Assembly: GCF_009914755.1 (NCBI RefSeq)
Contig: NC_060929.1
DNA length: 64,000 bases
Source of the DNA: the human T2T-CHM13v2.0 reference genome, Homo sapiens
Direction: 5' to 3' (one strand)
Made by a program: the position numbers and the translations under genes. Of the stretch, positions 13,514 through 29,194 are shown piece after piece (position 1 is the stretch's first letter; every line of letters begins with the position of its first letter). The notes under the pieces are model-generated. The model had not been told where the DNA came from, made no database searches, and saw nothing but the letters and a program-made list of their open reading frames with translations.

Positions 13514-14161
13514 CAACAGCAGTTCTTTCTGCTGAACAGCATCTTGTAGTCTGCAGTCCTTTTCACCAATTTTATCATCTTCCCTCTCTGCCCGCAGCCC
13601 CATTTTGTAGATGAGGAAACTGTGGGCTCAGGGGCAGAACGTTGTCAGCACAGAGCCCAGGCCTCAGACCGGGAGGCCAGTGCCCTGTCTACCTTCACAG
13701 GCCATAAAGCCAATGGCTGCTGCAAACCCAGCTGCTGTGGGGTGTGCAGACTCACAAGTCTCCCATGACCAGGCACACAATGTGCGTCCATGAAGGGTCC
13801 AGGAGCAATACAGCAGGGAGTATCAGGCTGTGGGGAACAAGTGGCCGCGCCCTGCACAATGCCACACAATTCTGACAGGGACTGCCAGGTGGAAAACTGG
13901 GCCCTGTGTGGTCTGATCTCCCAGTTTTTCCAAGAGAAGCCAGAAATCATGATTTTAAAATAAATTTTCCTGATTTTTGAGACATTTTCCTAGCTGGATG
14001 CATCTCACAGGTGTCAGTTTGCAAACCCTTGTCTGCCTGTGTTAAAGGATGTTTGTCTCACTGGTCACTGGTGCTGCCCATCACTGTATCTAAGAGCCTA
14101 GCACAGGACATAGCAGCCACCAGGCCTGTGATAAATATTGTCTGGTGTAGTGGTTATTGGT

Positions 14162-14590
14162 TGAATGAATGAATGATGTATAGATGGATGCATGGGAGGA
14201 TAGATGGACGGATAGATGGAGGATGGTCAGATGGATAGAGAGTTGGGTGAATAGATGGTCAGATGATGGACAGATGCATGGGTAGATGGATGGATGAATG
14301 GTCAGATGGACAGATGGCTGGATGAAAGGATGATGGATAGATGGACAGATGCATGGGTGGACAGATGAAGCATAGATGGAAGATGGTCAGATGGATAGAG
14401 AGTTGGGTGAATGGATGGTCAGATGATGGACAGATGCATGGGTGGATGGATGGATGGATGGATAGATGGAGGATGGTTAGATGGATAGATGGTCTGATAA
14501 ATGGATGGATGGATGCATCTGAATGGTTGGACAGATGCATGTTGGATGGTCAGACGGGTGAATGCATCGAAGGATGGATGGATGGCTGGT
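14162..14590. repeat. Degenerate (GGAT/GGAC/AGAT)n simple repeat
   Basis: Repeated gatggatggacagatg motifs. Confidence 0.9.
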
Positions 14591-14974
14591 AAGGAAGGAG
14601 GGAAGACTGGGAAGGAATCAGTGTGTGACTAGTAAGATTGGACAGTCCTTGACTTTGCTGCCAGAGCAGAGGCTCGGTGGAGGTAGCCAGTCATTGGTTC
14701 CCCAACTGTACTGCAGACAGATCTATCAGTTCCTCCAAGACCCCTTCGGAACTGCACCAACACCTCATACGACTCCTACATGTTCTCCTCATCACTGAAG
14801 AACTGATACGGAAGCTACTAAGGCCAAAGGACAAAAGCTAGGCCATTTTGGACCAGGGCTCAGGGCTCTGTCGATGTGTTTGGGAAGAAAGCACCTGTGA
14901 AACATCTCTCAATGTGACAAAGCCATGAACCAGGTTGCCCCATCCATGATCAATGAGACAAAGCAGACAGGAGG

Positions 14975-15215
14975 GGAGCACATGTGTTCAGAAGTGAGGT
15001 GGACCAGGGTTCCAATTTCAGCCCAGCCACATATTAGCTATGTGACCTTGAGCAAATCCCTTCTCCTTAAGTGAAGCTTAAGTGTTTCCATCTGTAAAAT
15101 GAGGTCAGGCGATCCACTTCCTACCATGCTGGTGAGGATTCAATGAGATAACACTCTGTGCACGACCCCAGCATACAGCCTGGTTTATAGCAAACAATCC
15201 ATCAATGTTAGTTTA
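14975..15215 (+). mobile_element. MIR
   Basis: tagctatgtgaccttgagcaaat...tttccatctgtaaaatgagg...gtgaggattcaatgagata. Confidence 0.8.
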
Positions 15216-15287
15216 ATTTCATTCCATTCAGTTGTCCAGACGGTATTAGGAAACAAAGAATTTATAGGAATAATTTAGAGGAAGTCA

Positions 15288-15622
15288 CAGTCCTGTGTCA
15301 CTAAACAACAGGGTTGTATTCTGACAAATGTGTCCTTAGGTGATTTTGTCATTGTGTGAACTTCATAGCATGTACTTACACAAACCTAGGTGGCAGAGCC
15401 TACTACACACTGGGCTACGTGGTGTAGCCTATTGCCCCCAGGCTACAAAACCAGCACAGCTTGTCACTGTCCTGAATACCATAGATGATTGCAACACAGT
15501 GGTGAAAGTATTTATATATCTAAACATACCTAAACATATAAATATGGTATTATAATCTTACGGGACCACCATCATATATGTGGTACATCGTTGACTGAAA
15601 TGTGGTTATGGGGCACATGACT
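15288..15622. mobile_element. Tigger3a/MER7A-type DNA transposon
   Basis: cagtcctgtgtcactaaacaacaggg...tgtacttacacaaacctaggtgg...cttacgggaccacc...cacatgact with TIR-like ends. Confidence 0.8.
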
Positions 15623-15656
15623 TTATTACATTTACTCGCTAAAACTATTTAAAGCT

Positions 15657-15972
<316 letters not shown>

Positions 15973-15989
15973 TTAAGAATGAGGTAAAC

Positions 15990-16430
15990 TGTGCATCAAT
16001 TGATGGATGGATAAACAAAATGTGGTCTAACCATGCAATGGAATATTATTCAGCCATGAAAAGGAATGAAGCACTGATGGATGCTACAACATGGATGAAC
16101 CCTGAAGTCCTTATGCTAAGTGAAAGTCAGAAACAAATGGCTACTTATTTTATGATTCAATGTATATGAAATATCTAGTCTAGGCACAGTCACAGAGACA
16201 AAGCAGTTAAGAAGTTACCAGTGGCTGGGGTCAGGGGTATAAAGGGAGTTATTTATTAATGGTTACACAGTTTCTGTTTGGAGTTATGGAAAATTTTGGC
16301 AATACGTAGTGGTGATGGTAGCACAACATATTGGGGATGTAATTCATGCCACCAAATTGTACCCTTCAAATGGCTAGCATGGTAATCTTTATGTTATGTA
16401 TTTTTTACCACAACAACAAAAAAATTTCAA
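15990..16430 (+). mobile_element. L1MB/L1MA 3' end fragment
   Basis: gatggataaacaaaatgtgg...gaatattattcagccatgaaaaggaatgaa...tagtggtgatggtagcacaaca. Confidence 0.8.
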
Positions 16431-17374
16431 ACAAACCAGAAAAAGAATAAGGTCTTAGCAAAGGAAGGATTCTTCCAGTCTGTCTAAAAAAAGAAAGAAC
16501 TTTGTGCCATATAAACATTAAAAACTTTCCGAGTTAACTGGATGAAGGTGTCTTTTGCCCCTTGAGACCTAAAACGTGTTTTCGGTTTATGAAATGAAAT
16601 TTGGAAACGACCTGGATGTTTTGCTTTATGTAATTTGGGGGCAGGAGAGAGGAAAAAGAGAAAAACTAACCAGGCGAGTTACTGCCTTTGGAAAACAACC
16701 AACCTTAGAATCGTGTTTTGGTCCTCTCAAATGAAGACATACATATTTAGCCCACGTGAGTCCCAGTCCGCACAGACATCACAGCAACAGGAGAAGTCAT
16801 CTACCACACCCCAGGACCGGGGAATAACTCGCCACGCTTCCCCATTCAGCCAAGAGATTGTTCAAAAGCTGCACAAATGCTAACCCCAGTCAACCATCCA
16901 CAGCTGCCCTCAGCCCACAACTGTGCCTGCCCGAGATTGTGACGAGCCGGTGGTCAGCACATGTAATGAAGCAAGGGGGTCACTGGAGAAAGAATGTACC
17001 CAAGGGCAGGCAATGCGCTTGTATCTGAGGACAACGGGGACAGTGGTGGAGGGCACGATAGACGCGCTCTCTGTGATCCTCCCACAGTCTGATGACAGGA
17101 CCAACACCAAAAGATGTGATCCAAGAAAGCGCTAAGCACCCATACAAGAGCACTGCCCAGGACCAGACGTGGCCTACGGGGACTGCCAGTGAGCTCTGCC
17201 CGAGGGCATCCTTCCCATTCAAGTCTCCCCCCAGTCTCTGATAAGAAGATCCACCTTGATGCTATGGACCCCAAGCGTGGCTTTATGGTACAATTTTAAC
17301 ACAGAGATCATTTCGGGAATGAGTTGGGCATCCCCTGCCCTACACTCTATTTCTCTGGCCCAGCCTCCCATCTA

Positions 17375-17850
<476 letters not shown>

Positions 17851-19415
17851 AGAAAGAGAAACCTCTATGATGTGCACAAGTTCTGAGCAATCTACACGGC
17901 CTGGAGTTGAAGACACGTCACTGGGAACCGACGGGCCAGGAGCACCTCCAAAGCTCTGCGCCTGTCTAGCCACAGATGGAAATCTTCATCTCTGTGTCCA
18001 TGGAAGCTCGAGGATGGTGCTTTCCTGTCATTTCCTTTCATTTATTGCTTTATCAGTGGCCGTAAGTGTTTCCATCACCAACCGAACAGCATATGTAAAC
18101 CTGCACACTCTGAAAAAAATTCATTGAAACCCGGAATGATGAACAATTGGAAGGAGACTCTGCTCAATGCAGGCAACACACATTCCAGATTCTGACATCC
18201 TTGTTCTCCCAAGAATCACTGCTGGGACGCAGCCACAACACAACCTGAGCTGTTACACGGGGAGAGGCAAGTTACACTACCTGGGCTCTGAACACGGCTG
18301 TCACTCACTGCAACCACTATTTCCTGAGACCTCTCCTATCTACGACCCTTCCTTTTCATGATCTCTGACAAGGACTTCAAAAATACAAACCTCCACAGGA
18401 ATGAGCGTCTGCGGGGACACTGGTTCTGTGTCATACGGGAGGGTCTCTGGTGTATCAGCCAGGACCTTTATCTCCAAGGGTCAGAACCTGGGTCACGCTA
18501 GCTTAAATAACAAAGAGAACGTACTGCCCCTCTTGACTGAAAAATCCAGGAAGATTCAGGTCTGGCTGGATCCAGGCACTCCAATAACATCACCAGGGCT
18601 CTCTCCTTCCCCATCTGTCAGCTCTGTTTCCTCCATGTTGGCTTCATTCCCAGGGGAGCCCTCTTCACACTGTGGCCCCCCGCAGCTCCAGACCACATCC
18701 TGCCCGCTCTCCCCAGTGGAAAGAGACCCTCTCTAGTTCAGAAGTTCCAGGAAAATCCTAGAATCTGTCTCTTATGAGAATAACTGGGTCACATGGGTAT
18801 CAGCAGAGCCTGGTGGTGGGGTCAGCCCATCCCAAGATACATAGCTTGGGAATGGGGTAGGGGCTTTACCCAAAGGGAAATCAGGGAACTGTCACAGAAA
18901 GGATGGGGGATGGATGTATCCAGAAAAAAATAACCCATGCTCAGCACAGGCAAAGGTCCTGGAAATGGTCGGGCATTGACCTGACCAGCTCTGGCCTGTA
19001 CCAGCCTCCTCCCCCATGGACCACCTGGCCACACCTGCCCATTCTCCTGCAGACCTGGCCAACTTCCAGGCCACGCTGACCCGAGGCAGGGCTGGCTCTT
19101 GCCCTGCTGCCTGCCTGACGCCTCCTATGCCCCTGAAGCAGGGCCTTCTTTTTTCATAAGGGCCCCTGTCTAGAGTCCTAACAGGCCATGTGGCTCCACA
19201 ACAGACCCACAGATCACTCACTCACTCACACACTCGCTCACTCACTCACGCAGCAATGCAGTCATTCATTCATTCAACAGCTGTCTGGGAGCCCAGCACT
19301 CTGCGGGACTCCATTTACACACGCACCACCCACCTAAACTGCGTAACTCTTTATGCTACGTGTTTTCATTTTAAGATGAAGAAAGAAACTAGGGCAACAA
19401 GAGGTTAAATAACTC

Positions 19416-20859
19416 GGCTAAGCTCACATGGCTGGTAAGAAATGGCGACACAGCGCGCAGACCCCAGGACCCGAAGGCTAAGCTCACATGGCTGGTAAGA
19501 AATGGCGACACAGCGCGCAGACCCCAGGACCCGAAGGCTAAGCTCACATGGCTGGTAAGAAATGGCGACACAGCGCGCAGACCCCAGGACCCGAAGGCTA
19601 AGCTCACATGGCTGGTAAGAAATGGCGACACAGCGCGCAGACCCCAGGACCCGAAGGCTAAGCTCACATGGCTGGTAAGAAATGGCGACACAGCGCGCAG
19701 ACCCCGGGACCCGAAGGCTAAGCTCACATGGCTGGTAAGAAATGGCGACACAGCGCGCAGACCCCGGGACCCGAAGGCTAAGCTCACATGGCTGGTAAGA
19801 AATGGCGACACAGCGCGCAGACCCCGGGACCCGAAGGCTAAGCTCACATGGCTGGTAAGAAATGGCGACACAGCGCGCAGACCCCGGGACCCGAAGGCTA
19901 AGCTCACATGGCTGGTAAGAAATGGCGACACAGCGCGCAGACCCCGGGACCCGAAGGCTAAGCTCACATGGCTGGTAAGAAATGGCGACACAGCGCGCAG
20001 ACCCCGGGACCCGAAGGCTAAGCTCACATGGCTGGTAAGAAATGGCGACACAGCGCGCAGACCCCGGGACCCGAAGGCTAAGCTCACATGGCTGGTAAGA
20101 AATGGCGACACAGCGCGCAGACCCCGGGACCCGAAGGCTAAGCTCACATGGCTGGTAAGAAATGGCGACACAGCGCGCAGACCCCGGGACCCGAAGGCTA
20201 AGCTCACATGGCTGGTAAGAAATGGCGACACAGCGCGCAGACCCCGGGACCCGAAGGCTAAGCTCACATGGCTGGTAAGAAATGGCGACACAGCGCGCAG
20301 ACCCCGGGACCCGAAGGCTAAGCTCACATGGCTGGTAAGAAATGGCGACACAGCGCGCAGACCCCGGGACCCGAAGGCTAAGCTCACATGGCTGGTAAGA
20401 AATGGCGACACAGCGCGCAGACCCCGGGACCCGAAGGCTAAGCTCACATGGCTGGTAAGAAATGGCGACACAGCGCGCAGACCCCGGGACCCGAAGGCTA
20501 AGCTCACATGGCTGGTAAGAAATGGCGACACAGCGCGCAGACCCCGGGACCCGAAGGCTAAGCTCACATGGCTGGTAAGAAATGGCGACACAGCGCGCAG
20601 ACCCCGGGACCCGAAGGCTAAGCTCACATGGCTGGTAAGAAATGGCGACACAGCGCGCAGACCCCGGGACCCGAAGGCTAAGCTCACATGGCTGGTAAGA
20701 AATGGCGACACAGCGCGCAGACCCCGGGACCCGAAGGCTAAGCTCACATGGCTGGTAAGAAATGGCGACACAGCGCGCAGACCCCGGGACCCGAAGGCTA
20801 AGCTCACATGGCTGGTAAGAAATGGCGACACAGCGCGCAGACCCCGGGACCCGAAGGCT
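19416..20859. repeat. VNTR, 24 x 60 bp (ggctaagctcacatggctggtaagaaatggcgacacagcgcgcagacccc[a/g]ggacccgaa)
   Basis: Identical 60-nt lines from 19441 to 20821; the first 4 units carry A, the last 20 carry G. Confidence 0.99.
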
Positions 20860-23647
20860 TTATCTAAAACACTCAGTGCAAAATGGAAAAAGATAATGTG
20901 TCCAAGGCTCATAGGAAAAACTTCATTAACATGAAAAATGAAGATCAGGTAAAATGTATCCACAGGCAAAGCACGGCCTAGGCCAGAAGCACTGGAGAAG
21001 AGCCCAAAACTCTTTACACCTCATCAGCTGCCTTAGGAACACAGGCCTGACCTCAAGACCTCCATATACCTCTAGAGGGAAAGCAAACTCATACAAACTT
21101 GAAGATGGTAACAGCTTGAGGTAGTCAGCACTGCACAGGCAGGCCCAGCGGAGGCGAGTGTCCTCGGAGTGCTGGGAAGGAAGAAAGCACAAGGGCTGCA
21201 GTAACCCAAGAGGGCTTCCTGAAGGAGAGAGGGCAGAGGGCCAGGGAATGAGCAGGAAAGGCACGTGGGAGAGAGTAGGCCCTGGGGTCGACTCCTGTGG
21301 GTTTTGCCTTTCCAAAATCCTTCCCATACTTCCAGTAGTACCCTTCTGGCTGCCCCGGGAACTGCCCCTTTGCCTGGATCAGCCCATGTGGGTTTGCAGG
21401 GAGCTGACTCTATCCCCTGACCTGGGGGGCCAAGCAAAGCCCCACACCCTCTCAGTTACAGTGACAGGCTCACGGGACATGTAGCTGTGGCTGGACCAGG
21501 GAACGTCCTCTATGGGACTCTGCTGGCATGCTGAGCGAGAAGGACATGGGCCTGGTGGGGAAGTGTTTGCCTGAGAATGAGGCCAACACACAGGACTGCA
21601 GAACCCAGAGGCGAGCAAGCCCACCAGGAGGGCATCTGCGGCTCCTGAAACCAGTAAACTCCAGAGCCCAGTAAGTTCTCTTTGAACTGGCTGAAGCCAG
21701 TTTGAGTCATGTTTCTGTCATCTGCAATAAAAAGAGTCTGATGCTGCCGTGGAGCTTCTTGGGGGAAGAGAGGGGCCAGCGAGTCTACAATGGGGTGTTT
21801 CCACTGCTGGGCCAAGGATAGAGGGGGTTCAGGCAAGCCACAAAGGACCTGAGCCCCGAATGTGGATTCAAACTCAGACTACAGCCCCCAGTGTTCCCTC
21901 AGCCTCACTCCTCTGCTATCCAGACATGGGGCTCCATAAATGGCAGCTGTAAGGGTGAAAGAATGAGTCCATCGCACGCTCCTGCACTCCTGTTTATTCC
22001 ATTAACTGCCGTATGAAACTGTTCCTATCCTTACTCATTCAAACCGCTGCCTTCCAAAAAGACGGCCTCCTTTGTCCTAGCACCCCAGGGTGCCGTGGTA
22101 GGCAGGAGAGGGCCCAGGCCAATTACAGCCAGGACGGGGAGGGGGAAGCTGAGTCCGGAAGCCAAGCCACATCTTGCAGGGCACTTGGTGTTGAAGGGGG
22201 TCAAATCCAAGTCAAAAAAGGGGGAAGTTGGACCCCAGAAGTGGAGCCCAGATGGGTGTGGACAAGCAGGGCTCAGGGAGGCAGCAAGGCGGGGGGCCCT
22301 CGGTGAGGAGACTGGGGGACAGCACCAGGCATGCTGGCAGCAAAAGTGCTGGACCTGGGGCTGGTCTGAGCTGACTGACACTCACCCTCGCCCTGAGAGC
22401 TCTCCCTTCTGTGCTGGGGTGAAGGAGCCGGGGTCTAGATGTTTCCACACCGTCCCTGCAGCCTCCTGACTTTCTATGTGAAGAGCCTTGGCCTTTTCCA
22501 TCTGTCTGTCCTGAGATCAGCGGTTGACCCCCTCATCTCTCTTCCCTGGGGCTCTGCCAGCTCCAAGGGGCCTCCAGGCACCCCGCAGCCTTCTAAGAGA
22601 ACGTCTCCTGCTCAGGTTCTATTTCCAGGAGGCGGCTGGCCCGGGTGGATGGTGTGTCCCAAGCTTGCCTGGGCACAGCACCACGTACAAACTGTCCTCA
22701 TGACTCGGTTACCAACGAGGGGCCAGGGGAGGGGTGGCCTCTGCCAAGACCTGGAGACAACTGCACATCCCCAGTGGGGCACAACCTCAGTCAGCCCTGA
22801 GTGCATGCTGTGTGTGCTCCCGGGGACCCCACTGCCTTCCACTACAAGCTGCCACTCAGACGCCCCTGCCCACGCCCCTGCCAGGCTCCCTGCAGCCTGG
22901 ATACTGGAAACCTGGCGGAAGCCTGATGGGCTTGGCCCCAGGCAAATGCAGCGTCTTGTTCCTCAGATACAGCCCGAAATGGAAAATGCCAAGATAAAAC
23001 CTTTCCAGGATTTCTTGGCATGAAATAGCTCCCCACATTCACACACACAAAAGGATGACTTAAGTGTACATGAATCAGAAACACCTGGACACTTTTCTTA
23101 AAATAAAACCGAATTTCACATTCAAGGGGAAGGCCTAGAACACATTTGGCATTTTGGCAAATACCGGGGCTTTTGGCTGTGACATCTGTGCACCTCAGAT
23201 GCGGTTCCTGCTCCCTGGGCACTGGGACTGCCCCAGTCCCCGCCTCTGGCCTCCTGCCACCTGTTCTACCCCTCAGCTTGCTCACCTCCTGGAAACCCTT
23301 GCCCCTCACCTGTGACAAGTCCTGGCTTAAATATTAGCCCTCATTAAAGCTCTTCCTCACCTAAGCCCACTCACGATCACTCATTCACCCTTTCACCATC
23401 TCACACACTCCCTACAGGGGAGACCTGTGGTGGTTTCTGCTGTCTCCGCTGTCCCCTTTTCTGCTAATGACAGCCTCATTTTTCTCCCTGCCTTCCCTCA
23501 TCCCAGGTCACAGGTTTCAGTGGGACTGACCCCACTCCCCACTCGCTTCAGGGATGGGCACACATCTCTGGGCTGGTCTTCACTCCCTGGCCACAGTGAT
23601 GAGTTCCAAGATGAGCAAGTGACTTGCACTCATTAAATGTGAGTCAA

Positions 23648-23935
<288 letters not shown>

Positions 23936-24054
23936 AGTGAGTCCATCCCTCAATGCTTGCACTTCTCCCGAAATGAAGGGAAGAGGTGTTTTGTGTCCAC
24001 TGGGATTTCTGATCCCAGAGTTCTTGGCAGCTGTCTTGCCACTGCTTAGAGACG

Positions 24055-24520
24055 GTGTATCAGTTACCTATCACCTCAAAACAACATGACCCAAAATTCA
24101 GTGGCCTAAAGCATCAATGTATTGTTTCTCAGGATTCTATGGCCTCGCAGGGCTGGGCGGTTCTGCTCCGCAGAGCTACGGCTGAGGTCCCTCGCGGCTG
24201 TTCTCCTTAGGGAGTTATCTAAGATGTCTGGAATGTCTGATATGGCCTTGTCGTCCAAGGACTCTCTCCATGTGGCGTCTCTTCAGCCGACAGTCTAGCC
24301 CTGGGCTTCTTTACGTCTGGGTGGCTGGATTCCGTGAGGATGTGTTGCAAGAGGACAACCATAATGAGCAAGCGGCTCCTCCAGCCTCTACTTGTATCAC
24401 ACTTGCTAGTGTCCAGTTGGCCCAGACAAATCACAGTGAAGCCCAGAGTCAGTGTGGGAGGGAACTGCACGTGGCGTGAAGCCCAGAGTCAGTGTGGGAG
24501 GGAACTGCACGTGGCGTGAC
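24055..24520 (-). mobile_element. Old MLT1 LTR with a perfect 40-bp tandem duplication (24436-24519)
   Basis: tgtatcagttaccta...aaattcagtggcctaaagca...ttgtttctcaggattct; duplicated gtgaagcccagagtcagtgtgggagggaactgcacgtggc. Confidence 0.65.
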
Positions 24521-25295
24521 CATCAGACGCCTGGTTTCTTGGGGCCCCAAGTGCAACTGTGTAACACTGAGGTGCAGGGAGGAATCTCCCTTCAGTCCTG
24601 GCACCCAGTGATGCCTGAAGTGAGAAATCTACCCGTGGCCTTTCTAGTTACATAAACCAAAATCAAACAAACAAAATTCATTTTTTTGCTTTATTTTGTC
24701 ATGCCACTCAGAGTTAAGTTTCTGTCACTGACCAATAGAGGGACAGACGGTCCCTCTGTGCCAAGCCCAGAGTGGACACGAGGGGCATAGACTGAAAGCA
24801 GGCACCGCTGACTTCACAGGCAGAAGCGCTCCCAGGCCTCTGTCTCCCCAGCGAAACTACACATCTCCCGTGAGTGGGGCCAGACCTCAGGCCTGATTTA
24901 AACTCCTCGTGTCCAGCATGGTGCCAGGCACACAAGAAAGGGCCAGTAGAAGCGTGTGGATGAACTGTGATCATAGTGTACCTTTCAAACACTGCTGTAT
25001 AATGACTCTCAAAGTCTTGTTTTGTAAGGTAGCATCTCTCAAAATCAACCAGGTATTGTTTACTTTTAAGACGAAGGAAGATCCCGCTCTAGCAGTCAGG
25101 CCTATCTGATAAAGCCTGTTCCATAACAGTTTTTCTACGGTCTTGCCCTGAGAAGTCTAGCCTCTGTTGAATTCTGGAATAGTGAAAATCAGCGTGAAGG
25201 AATAGGAACACTGAATTTGAAACCTACAGATGCACAGCGGTTTTAAGCAGGTCCACACATCTTTTGAGATTCTTCCCATCAAAAGGCAGAGTGTG

Positions 25296-25630
<335 letters not shown>

Positions 25631-25992
25631 TCACTTGCTTCTAATGAAGAGAAAGTGACACAGTGATACTGCATGGCTTCCCGGGCCACTTAGGAAAGGC
25701 GATGCAGCCTCCTCCCAGCTCCTTCACACTTAGAACCCAGTGGCTAATTTGTGAGGAGGCCAAGCAGCCAGACCAAAGACCAGGTGTAGATGTTGCAGCC
25801 ACAGCTCCCTCCGGCTGAGGTCCCTGCCACCATCCAGCGTAACCTGCCAGACAGGTGAGTGAGCGAGCCTTCAGAGGATCCCAGCCCCAACCTCGTTCTA
25901 GCCTCCCTCCCAGCTGACACTGAGTCAGCAGATACCAGCTATCTTTGCTGAGCCCTAATGAAATAGAAGATTCATGAATGAAATAAGCATTA

Positions 25993-26286
<294 letters not shown>

Positions 26287-27759
26287 TAAGCATTTTAAGC
26301 TATGAACTTTTGGGATCATTTGTACCACAGCAGTAGGTAACGGGAACAAGATGGAAGGGACTGTAGAGATAATACAGTTCAACTCTCCCATTTGAGGGAT
26401 GGGAAAAGGTCCAGAAGATGGCAGCGACTTGCCCTAACATGACCCAGTGTGGGGTGGGAACCCAGGTCTCTTGATGGCAAATCTAGTGCTCTCCGCATGA
26501 CCTGCCTGGGGCTGACACAACTCTCATTCCAAACCCCCTGTGGCCTGACCTAGCTCTGTCAAGATGAAGGTCTGCCTGTTAAGGATGGAGAGATGGAAAG
26601 ATAAAAAGAGCCTGGGATCCTGAAACACCCCTGAGCAGATACACCAGCCCCGGACTTTCCGCCTCTGGAATTATCATCCTGCAAGAAGATAATCCCCCCG
26701 TGTTTAAGTTAGGGATTCTGTTCTCGGCAGCCAAATGCAAGCCCAACGGATAGGATGGCTTTCAGACTGCACTGGATTCAAAGTTCCTACTGTGGTCTTT
26801 CCAACTTATTTTGTTATTGTTGCCAAAAACCATGTAACTGAGATGTAACTACCAGGGGCCAAGCTGAGAGAGCTTCCCACTGCCCTGCTAGGCTGCCCTT
26901 GCTGCGAGCGAGTGCATCCTTGCCCATCCTCGGCCTTCTAAGCGATCCCTGCCCCGGCATCCTGCACGCTCCCTCTGGCCAGTGCAGCATGAGAGGAGCC
27001 TGGTTCTCCTCTCAGTCCTGGAGTCACCGAACCACAACACCAAACTCAAGGTGGGCTGCCTGAGTCCTCAGAAGGGTGAGACATGACAGGTGACACAGCC
27101 CCCAGCTGACAACCAGATGCAGGGTGGCCCCCAGTGGAAAGATGCAACCAGCCACATCCCATGAGTGCAGGCTGGCTGGGGTGTGCCATCTGCCGACGTG
27201 GGCAGAGCTCACTCGGAGACTCCCCTTTTTGGTCCTGTTCCAGCCAAGATCTGAGTGACCTCCATCCAGAATCGAAAAGCTGAGCCTCCAACTGAGGGAT
27301 GTGCTCCAGGCACATTGTTTGCCAGCCTGTTGACTTAATCAGGTTATTCCTTAGAAACAATCAGGTCATTAAGAGGAAACTTTAGTAACCATGTCTTGGA
27401 CAAGGCCCCTGGGAGAGGCTCATTTTGTGGCTGAAAACCTGGGGATGGAAGTGGCCTTTTTAGGAGCAGCCTTAAGAAAGGGAGCAGCAGAACTGTCCTC
27501 GGACCAAATGCTGCCCATATGCAGCTACAAGGGCCCCCAAGGTGCCCCAAGAAACAACAGTCCAGAGACACAGACTCAGCCGAGCCCCGAGAAGATGCAG
27601 CTTACAGAGCCATCTGCACCTGGCACTTCACTCGAGTCAAACAGAAACCCCATACAGGCGAGGGGCTATTACTGTTCCCATTTTACAGAAGGGGAAACTG
27701 AGTCTTGAAGCATTTAAGAGACTTTTCCAAGGACACATGCAAGTGAATGGGCACCGTGA

Positions 27760-28090
27760 CTGGCTGTTGTGTTCCCCAGAAAAATGCACGTGTTGAACCC
27801 CTAATCCCAACTGTGATGATGGCATTTGGAGGCGGGGCTTTGGGAGGTAATTAGGCGTACATGCAATGATGAGGATAGGGCCCCAGTGATGGGATGTGGG
27901 TCATTACAAGAAGAGGTAGGAAAGACAAGAGCAGCTTCTCTTTCTGACACGTGAGGATGTGGCAAGAAGGGAGCTGCCTACAAGCCAGGAAGAGAGGCCT
28001 CGCCAGAACCCGACCACGCTGGCCCTGATCACAGACCCCCAGCCTTCAGAACTGTGTGGAATCAACGGCTGTTGGTTAAGCCCTGAGCTG
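27760..28090 (+). mobile_element. MLT1A-like LTR
   Basis: tgtgttccccagaaaatgcacgtgttgaacccctaatcccaa...cccagccttcagaactgtg. Confidence 0.75.
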
Positions 28091-28297
28091 TGGGGTCCCT
28101 GGCTGGAAGCTCCTCTGCTCTCTCCCTTAACCCCTGCCTTGCTGGAGCATCACTTAGCCCCTCTGAGAGTCACTTTCCCTGTCTGTAAGATGGGGAAATG
28201 CCTGCCCTACAGGGGATTCTAAGGAAAAATGAGATTGTGACTACCCTGGAGATCTGAGAACTAGGAAGCTCTGAGGCTGTACAGATGAAACTATTTT

Positions 28298-28990
<693 letters not shown>

Positions 28991-29194
28991 TATTGAAAAG
29001 GAAGCTCATTCCTTAGGGAGGCTTCAGTGGACACCCAGTGTGAACCCCACACACAGACTTCCTCCCACACTGGAGTTTGGTCCAGTATCAGCAAACTCTC
29101 TCTCTCCTTCCTTCAAATCACTCTCAGGTCCTGCCTCCCACAGGCTACAAATAACCTGACAGTCTCTCCATTAATATTGGATGGCCAAATTCTG

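Noticed and set aside
14259-14592. Trp/Met/Asp-rich ORFs
   Set aside because: Translations of the (GGAT)n repeat.
19416-20859. Regular 60-bp array (and the 47-bp array at 54631) as a CRISPR-like locus
   Set aside because: No unique spacers, units are contiguous, no cas genes, and the context is human intron: these are minisatellites.
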